Part shown: piece after piece, positions 22,877 through 36,799 of the stretch | Layout: the number at the start of each line of letters is the position of its first letter | How positions within the stretch are numbered: the first letter of the stretch is position 1 | DNA from: Chiloscyllium plagiosum | Lineage: Eukaryota | Assembly (NCBI RefSeq): GCF_004010195.1 | Contig: NC_057746.1 | Location: 9,375,183 to 9,439,182 of the forward strand | Direction: 5' to 3' | DNA length: 64,000 bases | Notes under the pieces: generated by a model | Seen by the model: only the letters and a program-made list of their open reading frames with translations | The model's database searches: none | Told to the model about the DNA's origin: nothing | Position numbers and translations under genes: made by a program

Positions 22877-24965
22877 GGTGTAATCCAGGTAGGTGTGGGA
22901 GTCGGTGGGTTTGTAAAAAATGTCAGTGTCAAGTCTGTCGTCACTGATGGAGATGGAGAGGTCCAGGAAGGGGAGCCAGGTGTCGGAGATGGTCCAGGTA
23001 AATTTAAGGTCAGGGTGGAATGTGTTGGTGAAGTTGATGAATTGCTCAACCTCCTCGCGGGAGCACGAGGTGGCGCCAATGCAGTCATCAATGTAGCGGA
23101 GGAAGAGGTGGGGAGTGGTGCCGGTGTAATTACGGAGGATCAACTGCTCTACGTAGCCAACAAAGAGACAGGCATAGCTGGGGCCCATATGTGTGCCCAT
23201 GGCTACCCCTTTGGTCTGGAGGAAGTGGGAGGATTCAAAGGAGAAATTGTTAAGGGTGAGGACCGGTTCGGCCAAACGAATGAGAGTGTCGGTGGAGGGG
23301 TACTGTTGGGAACGTCTGGAGAGGAAAAAACGGAGGGCTTGGAGGCCCTGGTCATGGCGGATGGAGGTGTAGAGGGATTGGATATCCATGGTGAAGATGA
23401 GGCATTGGGGGCCGGGGAAACGGAAGTCTTGGAGGAGGTGGAGGGCGTGGGTGGTGTCTCGAACGTGTGTGGGGAGTTCCTGGACTAGGGGGTATAGGAC
23501 GGTGTCGAGGTAGGTAGAGATGAGTTCAGTGGGGCAGGAGCATGCTGAGACAATTGGTCGGCCAGGGTGGTCAGAATCTGGTTTCCAGCATCTGCAGTCA
23601 TTGTTTTTACCTCTTATATCTGAACATCCCAGACCTGGAAAGTGGGGAGGGCGGTGGGGCAAGGGTGAAATGGCATCAGGAATGCCAATGCCAAACACAA
23701 GGGTAGGATACCAGCCTCTGTGTATTTCAGAGAGATTGAAATGGAGGGATCTACATGGTGATCTCAGCTGTTGCCGTAATTGAAGTTGTGCTGTTGGTGT
23801 TACTCTACATCACAAACCAGCTGTCCAGCCAACTGAGCTAACTGACACCCCCCTCTCCTATAATGCTCTGCTGTAGCAAAGAAACAAAAGCAGAACTGGC
23901 AAGAACTGACCCCTGGCTTGAGAGACCCTTTCTACAGGATCCTTGCTGCTCACAGTGCTGTGACTGTGCAAGTTTGACCTGTTGGGTCGCCTGAGGACTC
24001 AGAAAATTATGCAGCCCAGCAGACATCATCCTCATTTCATTGGATTGACACGACAACCCAAAGCACTCAAGAAATGCTATGTTCTGACAGTCAATCAGTG
24101 AAAATGTACACAATAGAGAAAGCATTTCAATGCTTGGTGTGCAGGTAGCAGTTTAATCAGTCTTGTCAGTTAATAATTCACTAAGAAGAAGCCTTTTTTT
24201 GAGGGAAACTTAAATATACTGTGTTCAAACCTGTCCCTGTTTCACTTGCATTCATGCAGTGAAATCGATAAGAAACACCCCAGGTTTGAAGTCAGTCAGT
24301 GTTTAAAATGATCTAATTTGCTCCAAGAAAAGATTTAAAAAAACACATGAAAGGCAAATTTTTTGCATAAAGCGTTTGGTTCACGTGTGGAAAAAGAAGT
24401 GGTGGATGTGGGTACAATTACAACCTTTAAAAGACATTTGGATAAGTGCAAGGTCTGGAGGGATATGTTTGGCATGAACTGGTTCAACTGAAGAGTCTGT
24501 TTCCACGCTGTATGACTCTATGACTTTAGGGGGAACTCTATCTGTGATAGCAAATTATGTCACAACCTCACAACACCACCCTCCATCTATACACACTTTG
24601 ACATTTAATTCCTCTGTTTGGAGCAAAGTGGAAAACCCATTTGGGTAGCCTCTGTATTTGGCACAATCACCAGTGATACTGGCACTGTGTGCACTCTGAT
24701 ATCACAATGATGGAACCCTGAAAGTAAAGTCTTACCAGAACAGGTTCAATGTGTGGGTCACTATCCACACTGTTGTCATCACTCTGTGTTGCAAACCAGC
24801 TGTCTAGCCAGTCCAGCTAACCAATTCTCTTGCACTCTACTTGCTCTTTAACTATTTGCTCCCAACCTGCACTTTTCCAATGTCTGCCTTACACGTTTGT
24901 GAAAAGTGGTTTGACTTTGCAGTTGACAGTATGGGGGACATCTGTAGACTGTAGGAAGATATAGG

Positions 24966-25095
24966 CAAAAGTGAGTACTGCAGATGCTGGAAATCAGAGT
25001 CTAGATTAGAGTGGTGCTGGAAAAGCACAGCAGGTCAGGCAGCATCCGAGGAGCAGGAAAATTGACATTTCAGGCAAAAGCCCTTCATCAGGAAT
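24966..25095 (-). mobile_element. Solo Penelope terminal repeat with degenerate hammerhead core
   Basis: Same family as 19530-19645 and 22000-22060. Confidence 0.75.
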
Positions 25096-25593
25096 TGTAT
25101 GTGATCAAAAGAAAACGGGTTTCACTCGCAAGCACTCGGGGATTATACACCTTGGGAGGTGCAACAGGGATGGGCCATATACAATAAGTGGGAATAAGGC
25201 AGGAGATGGGTTGCTAAATTGTGTGGAGGGACAAAAGGATCCTAGAATAGTTGCTCAAACATCCTTAAGTATAACAGAACAGGTCAATGAAGTGGTGAAG
25301 GAGCAGCACTCCAAAAGCTTGTACTTCCAAATGTTGGAATATAATTTGGTGCTGTGTGATTTTTTTACTTTGTCCACCCCAGTCCAACACTGGCACCTCC
25401 ACATCTAGAAAACATATGGCATGTTTTTGTTTATTAGATGAGGCATAAATTAGTAGAGTAGGGAAGTTATGCTCAAACTGTATATAATACTGGTTGGAAA
25501 CCAGTATCCACAGGACTTCATGTTCTGGTGACCACATCAGAGAGAAAAGGTGATTGCATTGGAATGGAGATTTCTGAGGATGTTGTCAGCACT

Positions 25594-26447
25594 AGTAGAC
25601 AATAGACAATAGGTGCAGGAGTAGGCCATTCAGCCCTTCGAGCCTGCACCGCCATTCAATATAATCATGGCTGATCATTCCTAATCAGTATCCTGTTCCT
25701 GCCTTATCTCCATAACCCTTGATTCCACTATCTTGGAGAGCTCTATCCAACTCTTTCTTAAATGAATCCAGAAAGTGGGCCTCCACTGCNNNNNNNNNNN
25801 NNNNNNNNNNNNNNNNNNNNNNNNNNNNNNNNNNNNNNNNNNNNNNNNNNNNNNNNNNNNNNNNNNNNNNNNNNNNNNNNNNNNNNNNNNNNNNNNNNNN
25901 NNNNNNNNNNNNNNNNNNNNNNNNNNNNNNNNNNNNNNNNNNNNNNNNNNNNNNNNNNNNNNNNNNNNNNNNNNNNNNNNNNNNNNNNNNNNNNNNNNNN
26001 NNNNNNNNNNNNNNNNNNNNNNNNNNNNNNNNNNNNNNNNNNNNNNNNNNNNNNNNNNNNNNNNNNNNNNNNNNNNNNNNNNNNNNNNNNNNNNNNNNNN
26101 NNNNNNNNNNNNNNNNNNNNNNNNAGGTAGTAATCTGCTTTCCTGTTCTTGCCACCAAAGTGGATAACCATTCATTTATCCACATTAAACTGCATCTGCC
26201 ATGCATCTGCCCACTCATCTAACTTGTCCAGGTCACCCTGTAATCTCCTAACATCCTCATCACATTTCACCCTGCCACCCAGCTTTGTATCATCAGCAAA
26301 TTTGCTAATGTTATTGCTGATACCATCTTCTATATCATTAACATATATTGTAAAAAGCTGCGGTCCCAGCACGGATCCCTGCGGTACCCCACTGGTCACT
26401 GCCTGCCATTCCGAAATGGAGCCGTTTATCACTACCCTTTGTTTCCT
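25594..26447 (-). mobile_element. CR1 LINE fragment (RT + 3' tail) spanning a gap
   Basis: ORF 26172..26432 SGVPQGSVLGP...KFADDTK; tagacaatagac tail. Confidence 0.93.
25790..26124. other. Assembly gap
   Basis: N run. Confidence 1.
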
Positions 26448-26705
26448 GTTTGACCTGTTACAGAGGAGGTGGGACTTATACTTGTCCTTTAGTGGTGGGG
26501 GTCAGAAGCAGTGTCTTGGCTGTGAGGTTGATGGTTTGCTAGTGGTTTTGGGGGACTTGTAAAACTAGGATGTCAGTGGCATGGAAAATCAAATATAGTT
26601 TCAGCAGGAGGGAAGCAAACCTCAAAATGGAGCGCAGAATGTTAGGAAGGGCAATAGAAGGCTGAGAAACAAAACAAAGGAAATATTCGGAGGTTAGTAG
26701 TATTT

Positions 26706-27960
26706 TGTTTTTTATTCATTCACAAGATGTGAGTGCCACTGGCTGGGCCAGCATTTATTGCCCATCCCTATTATGTGGTGGTGAGGTGGTTCTTAAACTG
26801 TTGCATTCCATTTGCTGTGGGTGGACCCAAAATGCCATTTGGGAGGGAATTCCAGGATTATTTCTCAGTAAGACTGAATATACAACTAAACATTTCCAAT
26901 TCAGGATTGTGAGAGTCACCTTGGATGGGATTTGTGGGTAGTGATGTTTCCATGTATCTGCTGCCCTGGTCTTTCAAGATGGTCACGGGTTTGGAAGGTG
27001 CTATCTAAAGAGCCTTGGTGAATTTCTGCAGTCTACCTTGTAGATGGAATGCACTACTACCACTAAATGTTGGTGGTAGAAGGGCTGAATGTTTGCTATT
27101 ATGATACAGAGTTGTTTTGTACTCAATGGTCATAGATTCATACAGCATGGAAACAGACTTTTCAATCCATCCAGTCAATGCTGAACATAATCCCAAACTA
27201 AACTAGGCTCACATGCCTCCTCCTAGCCCATATTCAAATCTTTCCTATTCATATACTTATCCAAATGTCATTTAAACACTGTAATTGTACCCACATTCAC
27301 AACTTCATTAGGAAATTCATACCACACGTGAACTACCATTTGCATGAAACATTTGCCCCTCATGTCTTTTTCAAATCTCTCTCCACTCACTTGTTGTTGG
27401 AAATGCAATAATCCAGCAAGTGGGGACCATTCCATCACATGCCTGACTTGTGCCTTGTTGATGATCCACAGGCATGCGGGAGTCAGAGGTGAGCTTTTCG
27501 CTGAAGGACTCCTAGACTCTAATCTGCTTCTGTAGCCACAGCATTTATATGGCTGGTCCAATTAATTTCTGATCAGTTGTAACCCCCAGGAAGTTGCTAG
27601 TGGGGCAATTCAATGATGTAAATGTCGTTGAATGTCAAGGGGTGATTGTCTCTTTTTGGAGATGGTCATTGCCTGGCACTGTGTGGTCCAAATATTATTT
27701 TCCACTTTTCTAGGTCTTGCATTTGGACATGGACTGCTCCAATATTTGGGGAGTTGCCAGCAATGCTGGACTTTGTGTGATCATCAGTAAACATCCTCAT
27801 TTCTGACCTACTGCTGGTGGGAAGGCCATTAGTGAAGCAGTTGAAGATGCTTGGTGCAAAGACACTACCCGGAAGAACTCCTGCAGAGGTGTCCGTGAGC
27901 TGAGATGACTGATATCCAACATCAAAACTTATCATAATTTGTGCTGGATATGATTCCAAA
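26706..27960 (-). mobile_element. Old CR1/L2-like LINE remnants with nested CR1 tail (27130-27385)
   Basis: ORF 27666..27959 AGVLPGSVFAPSIFNCF...MFTDD is a degenerate RT motif. Confidence 0.65.
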
Positions 27961-29557
27961 CACTGTAGACATCACCTGCTGATTCTCAATGTTCCAATTT
28001 TGTTAGTGCTCTTGGATGCAACACTCAATCATATACAATCAATTTAAACAGTTGAAAGTAGAACACTACAGTTCTTACTATACATGGTTAAAGAAAGTCA
28101 GAAACAGTCACTTACCTTTCTGATTAACAGGGTATTTTGGGTGGGATACAGAATGGAGTAAAGAAGGAGCTACATTGATAAATAATCACAGCTTCTTTTG
28201 TATTATAGATTTCAAAACATTTCTTCTGATCTTAACTCCATTCGTTGACAGCATTATGCTAATTTACTGAATTAATAATCCAGACCCCTTACTAATTTTC
28301 CAGAAATACAAATGCAAATCTCAGCATGGCAGTCTGAGATGCAACTAATTAGTAAATCCAAAATAAAATTCTGGTTGCACTAATAACTTCTGACCCAAAA
28401 ACCACCACTTACAAAACAGCCGTACCTTTAGGAGGTTGGAGAAGAAGGATTTGTTATCATGAATGAAATTTAAGCAAGGACACATTAAAAGTGTTTAAAA
28501 TTAAGTGGCGTCTTCCTTGCGTAACTGAGGAGAATGTCTTTTCATTGGTGAGAGGGTACACAATCAAGGACATGTAGTTAACAAAAGAAACAGGGGGAAA
28601 GAGGCAAACTCTTTAACACAAAAGCTAATAGAATGTGGACTGTATTGTCAGAAAATATAATGCTAACAGATTCAATGGTAATTTACAAAAGGAAACTTGA
28701 TATTTAGTTGAAGAGTAAAGCATTGCAATGATGTAGAACTAATTACCGTTTTTAAAAATCCACACTGGTGTGATGGGTAGAGTGGCCTTTTTCAGTCCAA
28801 TTTCAATAAATCCTCACACTTTATACAAATGTCTGATTACATGTGAATTTTAGTAAAAAGATTTCTCCAACTTTCCACTCCTCATTCCACTGACCCCTCC
28901 AAGTCTGTGCACTTCTATTAATGCCTCAGCATCCTTATATGATATGTACCCTGATAGAATATTGTAAACCACTGAGATTCCCATTTAAAAAAAGCCCCCA
29001 TACTTTTAGCTGTCCTGACACTGTTCCACGTGGACTCACAATCTTCATTGAAGTCTGATTTGTCCTTATCTCCAAAGAAAAGCATGCTTGTTAGGTTTTT
29101 CTGCCTCCAGTTGAATAGACACTCAGTTTCGAATGAGGAACCCATTGCCAGCTGGTGACTGAGCAGTTCAGTTCTAAACATAATATGCAGTTACACGCTG
29201 AGCTGATCTTTCCCTCATCAGGGATTATTTCCACCGGAGCAGAAAAGGCTCAGGAGACTTTTAATAGAGTTAAAAATAAAATGAAGTTGACAGGGAAGGC
29301 TGATTTCTACACTGCTGCGGAATGCTCCTTCAGATGGGATCTGAAGAGTGTGGCAAAGAACACAGGCAGACATGCTCTTTCTTCCTGTAGAGAAAAACTT
29401 AGTCATATTTCATCCCTCCTGAAACGACAAGTTGGTCAGCAGCCAACAGGTTTTGGACATATAAAACAATTGACAAAGTTGTAAATGGATTTGATCTATT
29501 TCTCCACTGTCAGAAGCTGCTTAAAGCAGAATTTGGGAGTTCAATGGTCATATTTAG

Positions 29558-29602
29558 TTGAATTGAATTGAATTGAATTGAATTGAACTGAATTGAATTG
29601 AA
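29558..29602. repeat. (aattg)n microsatellite, probably the tail of the adjacent LINE fragment 29603-29880
   Basis: Direct inspection. Confidence 0.85.
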
Positions 29603-32499
29603 TTTATTGTCCCGTGTACAGAGGCACAGTGAAAAGCTTTCTCTTGCGAGCAGCACAGGCAGATCACATAGTTAAATGGCATAGCTAAGTGAATGATAGG
29701 TAAACAGCGGCAGAAACAAAAGCACAGGTACAGACGAATGTTTAGAGTTTGAGAGTCCATTCAGTATTTGAACAACAGTAGGGCACAAACTGTTACGAAA
29801 CCAGCTTACGCATGTGTTCAGGTTTCTGTACCTTCTCCCCGATGGTAGAGATTGTAGAAAAGCATTGCCAGGGTGGGATGTATCTTAAGTTGAAAAATAG
29901 CTGAAGGATGTAATAGTGAAATAATTGTGAAAAGAAATTCCAGCATTGACCAGATTAGCTGGAACCAGAAATGGCCTGAAAAAAGTCAGCAATGATCATG
30001 GCTGATGACCAACCACAGGTTTCCCAGAGCAGCCCAGAGGAAGGTGGCAGTGTCTAATATCACAGCAGCTTCCTCCAGGATGAGAACAGATTATATATAT
30101 TGTGCTGACTACCCGAAAGCCAATGATGGCCACATCTCGGGAGTGAATAGGATAAAAGCAGCAGCAATTTCCTGATTGTACACTCCTCAATATTTCTGAC
30201 ACTCCAACATAGACAATACAGCGTACATTTTTCAAAATGTATTGAACGTTAGGATCCTTATCCTTTATGGATGACTTGGACATTGGTTTGCAAGGCACAG
30301 TTTCAATGTTTGCAGATGACATGATACTTGAAAGAATTTGAATTAATTTTGATTCGTGTTAAATTTCAAAAGGACAGGAGGAATTGTCATAAAAGTGATG
30401 GATGAATTGTATATTAGAGAACTGTGAGATAATTCATTTTGGGAGGAAGAATAGGGACAGGTAATGTAAAATAAAGGGTACAATTCCGCAGGATGGTGCA
30501 GGAGCACAGGGGCCTGTATATACATGTGCAAAAATCATGGAATCAGCAGAGAAGATTTGGAAATGCAGTTAAAATGCAGATGGGATGCTAAGTTTTATGA
30601 ACAGGGGCAAGACTACAAAGGTCTCCATTGCTGTAACCATTCTCTGATATGATGATTTATTTGCCAATTTTGCATTGTATTTTATTTGGTTCACACTGGC
30701 CACCTTAAACACTATTTGTTATTTGAATTGCTTAATTCTAACAATGGAAGAAGGAGTGGTCATCAAGACTGTTAGTAACTTTAAATCCTAATTTTTACCA
30801 GCTTTGCTCCATGTATTTATGAATATCACTTTAAAATAGCAACTTAGCTGCTCCACTCTCCTCGGTGATGGTTTTTAATCTGCAACTCATTGTATGGCCC
30901 AAGAATTCAGGCACTTACTTCTGCAGTAAAACAAGAACCTCAGCCAGAGCCAGTTTCCTTTGGTAAATGCGACTGGGTGGTTAACGATGGGAGCAGATTG
31001 TTAACAATTTGAATCGCTTCTACCATTTTTGAAAGTTGTTACACTCAAGTTAAAATTTAATGTTTTCCTTTGGTGAAAGTGATTTTTAGTTTACGCCTTG
31101 GTCCCTATTGGTAAAAGGTTAGTGGTGGTGGGCAACTCTTAGTTCCCAGTTCACATTAACCAGTTGAGGTTTCATATCCTCCTGATTGTCTAGTGTGTGC
31201 CAACACTTCAGGGTCTAAAAATCAGACGATACCCCTGATTACACAGGTTTGGAGGAATTATTCAATTGCCTCCTTACTCCAGACAAATCTTCAAAATGTG
31301 ATCATTGGATATCCTTGATATCACAAACACCAAGGGCTAGAATTAGAAGCTGTCCAAAAGAAACAGCTGGAAGTACTAACCATGACTGAACTCAAATTTT
31401 CCTGTTGTGTTCAAATAAATACATTAGAGAATGGAAGGATCACACACAATTCTGTCTCGTTACAATGTTAAAAGGTCACTTCTGTTAGAAATGCAACTAT
31501 CTTCTCTGACATGATTTGAAGAATCGTCCAAGGGACACAAATGTTCAGCAGTGACATTGGTGCCAGAGAACGGCCTCTGCGAGGGCCATTTGCACAACCA
31601 AAGGTTCACCGAGTTTCCAGTGCAGCAACAAATTAAATCTGAATGGTTCATTGTCAGACAGCAGACTTTTAACCAAACCAGCGTGTCAATCACTTACAAT
31701 GTTACCAACCTAGAGGGAGGTGGGTTAGTGATAAACCTACTTTACTGATGCTAATCAATTATGTGACCATACAAAAAGCCCCAGGGACCTGACAAACCCA
31801 CCCTTGGTCTTGCAAGCTCTCCTCACGACATGTCCTGCTGCAGTCTGCATCCCATCCCACCCCATATACCTACAGATCCATAACCCCCAAATTCAACACC
31901 ACCCCCCCCCCCACCAACAATTTGCTCTATATTCACTGCAGGGAAAGATGATGCAGATATAGAAATCAAGGAAGGGTCTGTGATATACCTGAACAGATTA
32001 GCATTGTGAGAGAGAGGAGGTATTAGCAGGTTTGAAAATGAACAAATCCCAGGCCTAGATGTGATATATCCCTGGCTGGGAGAGCTGGGAGGACTTTTCA
32101 GGAGCTTTGGCATTTCAAATCCTCTCTGGCTCCTGGAAGGGAGTCTGAAGTGCAGATGTTGGCATTTGGGATCCCTATTAAACCTATGTCACTCAGTATT
32201 CCATTATTGGTATTTCCTGTACAGCGTGAAACCTCACTAACTGTGTGACAGTAGTATCTTGCCTTCCACAGGCATAAACAAACGATTTATTGAATCCTGT
32301 TTACTCGATTATGAGTGTAACATTTATCAGAAATAAGAAGATTTTGCTCTCGGAAAGTAAACTAACCCTCAGATGAAGACGGACAAGGGGCAATGGTCAC
32401 CTAACATCATGAGTAGCTGCCAAAAGGATGTAGAAAATTGACTGACATAGCTTACATTACTTGCACCAGGGTAAACCAAGATCTCAGGGCAGCAGAGAA

Positions 32500-32732
32500 T
32501 GTAGTGATTGTAATGAGGTCCGCCATGTAGACTTCATAGAATATGAATTCTCTGATTGGGGCTGTTAATCTGGTTCAGCAAGGGAGCCCTGGCTGACAGA
32601 TATAAGCAGGAGTGTCAGACGTTTTGACACTGAGAGCTGGTTCTGAGGGAGCTGGACCACTGTCAAGGACTTTTCATGTGTAACTAAAACGTGACTTGGT
32701 GACAGGATACTGGCCTCTCCGGTATCACTTCA
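32500..32732 (+). mobile_element. Solo LTR (TG...CA, ~233 bp), uninterrupted relative of the 57314-59478 element
   Basis: tgtagtgattg...tcacttca; internal attgg and gatataagcaggagtgtc; homologous to the split copy. Confidence 0.75.
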
Positions 32733-33159
32733 GAAGGCTCTCATCTGGTGGTCTCCATGGAACATGGTGGTCTTCATCAGGCAATCCACAGAGAGCTGTC
32801 TTCTCCAAATGGAAGATGGACCTGAAAAAGAGAAGCAAGACACAGGGAAGAGTTCCCTACCATCTTCACTTGAGAGCAGGATGCTACCTAAGTATCTTTA
32901 ACATGACCAACACGTTCCACAATTTCAGCCCGTTTGTCCTCTGGTAACAGCAAACAATCCCAAGTTGTCACATTGTGTCCTTTTTAAATGTACTTAACTA
33001 ATTTATCAGATCTACCATGCTGCTTCCTAACAAATTCAATAAATGTCAGAAAATTACTTACAAATCATCAACTGTCTATATGAAGTAACTGTAATCACAA
33101 ACTCTCAAAAATCATTAACTAATGTGGTCCCATTATTCAAGAGGGGTAGTAGGGATAAT

Positions 33160-36100
33160 ATAGATAAAACATAGAAAAGTACAGCACAGGACAGGCCTTT
33201 TGGCCCACGATGTTGTGCCGAGGTTTAATCCTAATGTAACCTAAGCACCCCTTAACTCCCTGCTATCCATGTGCATGTCCAACAGTCACTTAAACGTCCC
33301 TAATGACACTGCTTCCACCACCACAGCTGACAATGCATTCCATGCATTCACAACTCTCTGCGTAAAGAACCTGCGTCTAACGTCTCCTTTATACCTTCCT
33401 CCTAATATCTTCAAACTATGACTCCTCTAACCAGTCAATCCTGCCCTGGGGAAAAGTCTCTGGCTATTGACTCTATCTATTCCTCTCATTATTTTGTACA
33501 CCTCGATCAGGTCTCCTCTCTTCCTTCTTCTCTCCACAGAGAAAAGTCCGAGCTTATTCAACCTTTTCTCATAAGGCAAGCCCTCCAGTCCAGGCAGCAT
33601 CCTGGTAAACCTCCTTTGCACCCTCTCCAAAGCCTCTGTATCTCTCCTATAGTAGGGCGACCAGAACTGGACACAATATTCCAAGTGTGGTCTCACCAGG
33701 GACTTGTAGAGCTGCAACAAAACCTCGCGGCTCTTAAACTCAATCCCCTGTTAATGAAAGCCAAAACACTATATGCTTTTTTTTAACAACCCTATCCACT
33801 TGGGTGGCAACTTTGAGGGATCTATGTATTTGCACACCCAGATCCCTCTGTTCCTCCACACTGCCAAGAATGCTGTCTTTACTTCTATATTCAGCATCAC
33901 TTCGCATTTATCCAGGTTGAACTCCATCTGCCATTTCTCAGCCCAGCTCTGCATCCTGTCTATGTCACGCTGCAGCCTGCAGTAGCCCTCGATACTATCA
34001 ACGACACCTCCACACCTCCAACCTTTTCATCATCTGCAAATTTACCAACCCACCCCCTCAAACTCCTCATCCAAGTCATTTATAAAAACTACAAAGAACA
34101 GAGGCCCAAGAACAGAGCCCTCGGGACCTACTCAACACTGTCTTTCAGGGAGAATACTTTCCATCTACAACCACTCTCTGTCTTCTGTCAGCCAACCAAT
34201 TCTGAATCCAGATACCCAAATCTCCCTGTATCCCATACTTCCTGACTTTATGAATGAGCCTACCATGAGGAACCCTATCAAATGCCTTGCAGAAGTTCAT
34301 ATACACCACATCCACTGCTTGACCGTCATCATCCTGTCTTGACACCTCCTCAAAGAACTCAATAAGATTTGTGAGGCATGACCTGTTCCTCACAAAGCCA
34401 TGCTGATTGCCTATAATCACACTATGCTTTGCCAAATAGTCATAAATCCTATCCCTCAGAATTCTTTCCAAAACTTTGCTGACCACAAATGTAAGACTGA
34501 CTGGTCTGTAATTGCCAGGGATTTCCCTATTACCCTTCTTGAAAAGAGGAACAACATTCGCCTCCTTCCAATCCTCCGGTACAGCTCCCGTGGAGAGTGA
34601 GGAGGCAAATATCCTCGCCAGCTGCTTAGCAACCTCCTTCCTCGCTTCCCGGACCAGCCTTGGATAAATCTGATCTGGTCCCGGGGACTTATCTATCTTA
34701 ATGTTTTCTGAAATTTCTAGCACATCAACTTCATCAATCTTGATCTGGTCAAGACTGTATCCCAGCTCCTCTAAGTTTTCATTTACAACAAGTTCCCTTT
34801 CCTTGGTGAAAACTGAAGCAAAAAACTCATTTAGGGTTTCCCCTATCTGCTCATACTCCACGCACAAGTTCCCTACGCTATCCCTGATCGGCCCTACCTT
34901 CTCCCTGATCATTCTCTTACTCCTCATGTATAAGTTGAAAGGCCTTTGGGTTCTCTCTAATCCTTCTTACCAAGCCTTTTTCGTGCCCTCTCCTGGATCT
35001 CCTCAGTCCATTTCTGAGCTCCTTTCTAGAAAGCCTATAATCCTCTAAAGCTGAGCTAGATCCTTGCTTCCTCCACTTTACATAAGCTGCCTTCTTCCTT
35101 TTGATGAGAGCTTTGCCAAATAGTCATAAATCCTATCCCTCAGAATTCTTTCCAAAACTTTGCTGACCACAAATGTAAGACTGACTGGTCTGTAATTGTC
35201 AGGGATTTCCCTATTACCCTTCTTGAAAAGAAGAACAACGTTCGCCTCCTTCCAATCCTCCGGTACAGCTCCCGTGGAGAGTGAGGAGGCAAATATCCTC
35301 GCCAGCGACCTCCTTCCTCGCTTCCCGGAGCAGCCTAGGATAAATCTGATCCGGTCCCGGGGACTTATCTATCTTAATGTTTTCCGAAAGTTCTAGCACA
35401 TCAACTTCATCAATCTTGATCTGGTCAAGACTGTATCCCAGCTCCTCTAAGTTTTCATTTATAACAAGTCCCCTTTCCTTGGTGAAAACCGAAGCAAAAA
35501 TCTCATTTTGGGATTCCCCTATCTGCTCAGACTCCACGCACAAGTTCCCTACGCTATCCCTGATCGGTCCTACCTTCTCCCTGATCATTCTCTTACTCCT
35601 CACGTATGAGTTGAAAGGCCTTTGGGTTCTCTCTAATCCTTCTTACCAAGCCTTTTTCGTGCCCTCTCCTGGCTCTCCTCAGTCCATTTCTGAGCTCCTT
35701 TCTAGAAAGCCTGTAATCCTCTAAAGCTGAGCTAGATCCTTGCTTCCTCCACTTTACATAAGCTGCCTTCTTCCTTTTGACGAGATGCTCCTCTGTTCTA
35801 GTCATCCAAGATTCCTTAATCTTACCCCTTCTTACCTGTCTCAGAAGAACAAATTTGTGCATCACTCGCAACAACTGCCCCTTAAACAGTCTCCACATGT
35901 CTGCTGTGCCCTTTCTGTGGAACAAATGCTCCCAGGCTGTACTTCCCAAATCCTGTCTGATAGTGTCATAATTTCCTTTTCCCCAATTAAATATCTTCCC
36001 TTGGTAACTGCTCCTTTCACTCTCCAAGGCTATGCTAAATGTGAGGCAGTTGTGATCACTTTCACCAAAGTGCTCTCCCACCGCGAGATCTGACACCTGT

Positions 36101-36160
36101 CCTGGCTCATTGCCGAGCACCAAATCAAAATGGCCTCTCCCCTCGTTGGTCTGTCTACAT
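33160..36160 (-). mobile_element. Large CR1 LINE fragment (ORF2 pieces) with internal ~680-bp tandem duplication (34427-35108 / 35111-35784)
   Basis: ORFs with KSPGPDQIYPR, NYRPVSLT, QHGFV..RSCLTNL, KAFDRVPH, LEYCVQFWSP. Confidence 0.95.
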
Positions 36161-36199
36161 AATCCAGGAAGATGCAGACTAGTGAGTCTAACAGAGAGT

Positions 36200-36780
36200 C
36201 ACAGAGTCATAGACCTGCATGGAAACAGACACTTCGACTCAACTTGTCCATGCCAACCAAATTTCCTAAATTAATCTAGTCCCATATGCCAGCATCTGGC
36301 TCATATCCCTCTAAACCCTTCCTATTCATATACCCCCCTATAAATGTTGTAATTTTACTAGACTCCACCACTTCCTCTGGCAAAATCATTCCATTCATGT
36401 TCCACCCTCTGCATGAAAAAGTTGCCCCTTAGGTCTCTTTTAAATCATTCTTCTCTCACCTTAAACCTATGCTCTCTAGTTTTGGACTCCCCCAGCCCTG
36501 GGAAAAGACCTTGACTATTCACCCTATCCATACCCCCCCCCCACTGATTTTATAAACCTCTACAAGGTCAGCCCTCAGCCTCCGACACTTCAGGGAAAAT
36601 AGTCCCAGCCTATTCAGCCTTTCCTTATAGCTCAAACCCTCCAACCCTGACAACATCCTTGTAACTCTTTTATGAACCCTTCCAAGTTTCACAACATTAT
36701 TTCTACAGGAGGGAGACCAGAATTGCACGCAGTCTTCCAAAAGTGGCGTAACCAATGTCCTGTACAGCCGCAACATGACT
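36200..36780 (-). mobile_element. CR1 3' fragment
   Basis: ORF 36519..36839 LEDCVQFWSP...LGLFSL. Confidence 0.88.
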
Positions 36781-36799
36781 TGTGTGGTGGGGGTATAAT

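Larger units (their letters stand above)
21997..23613 (-). mobile_element. Penelope-like retroelement (RT), 5'-truncated, with inverted terminal piece and 15-bp target-site duplication
   Basis: ORF with PGRPIVS, TMDIQSLYTSI, QTKGVAMGT, RYIDD. ttatatctgaacatc occurs at both 21982-21996 and 23614-23628. Contains an assembly gap. Confidence 0.93.

Noticed and set aside
25681-26222. Long ORFs containing X runs (also 22096-23091 and 58467-58893)
   Set aside because: Artefacts of N gaps.
29165-29222. TGATGA...CTGA on the minus strand (C/D snoRNA-like)
   Set aside because: No terminal stem or recognisable guide; such motifs are expected by chance.
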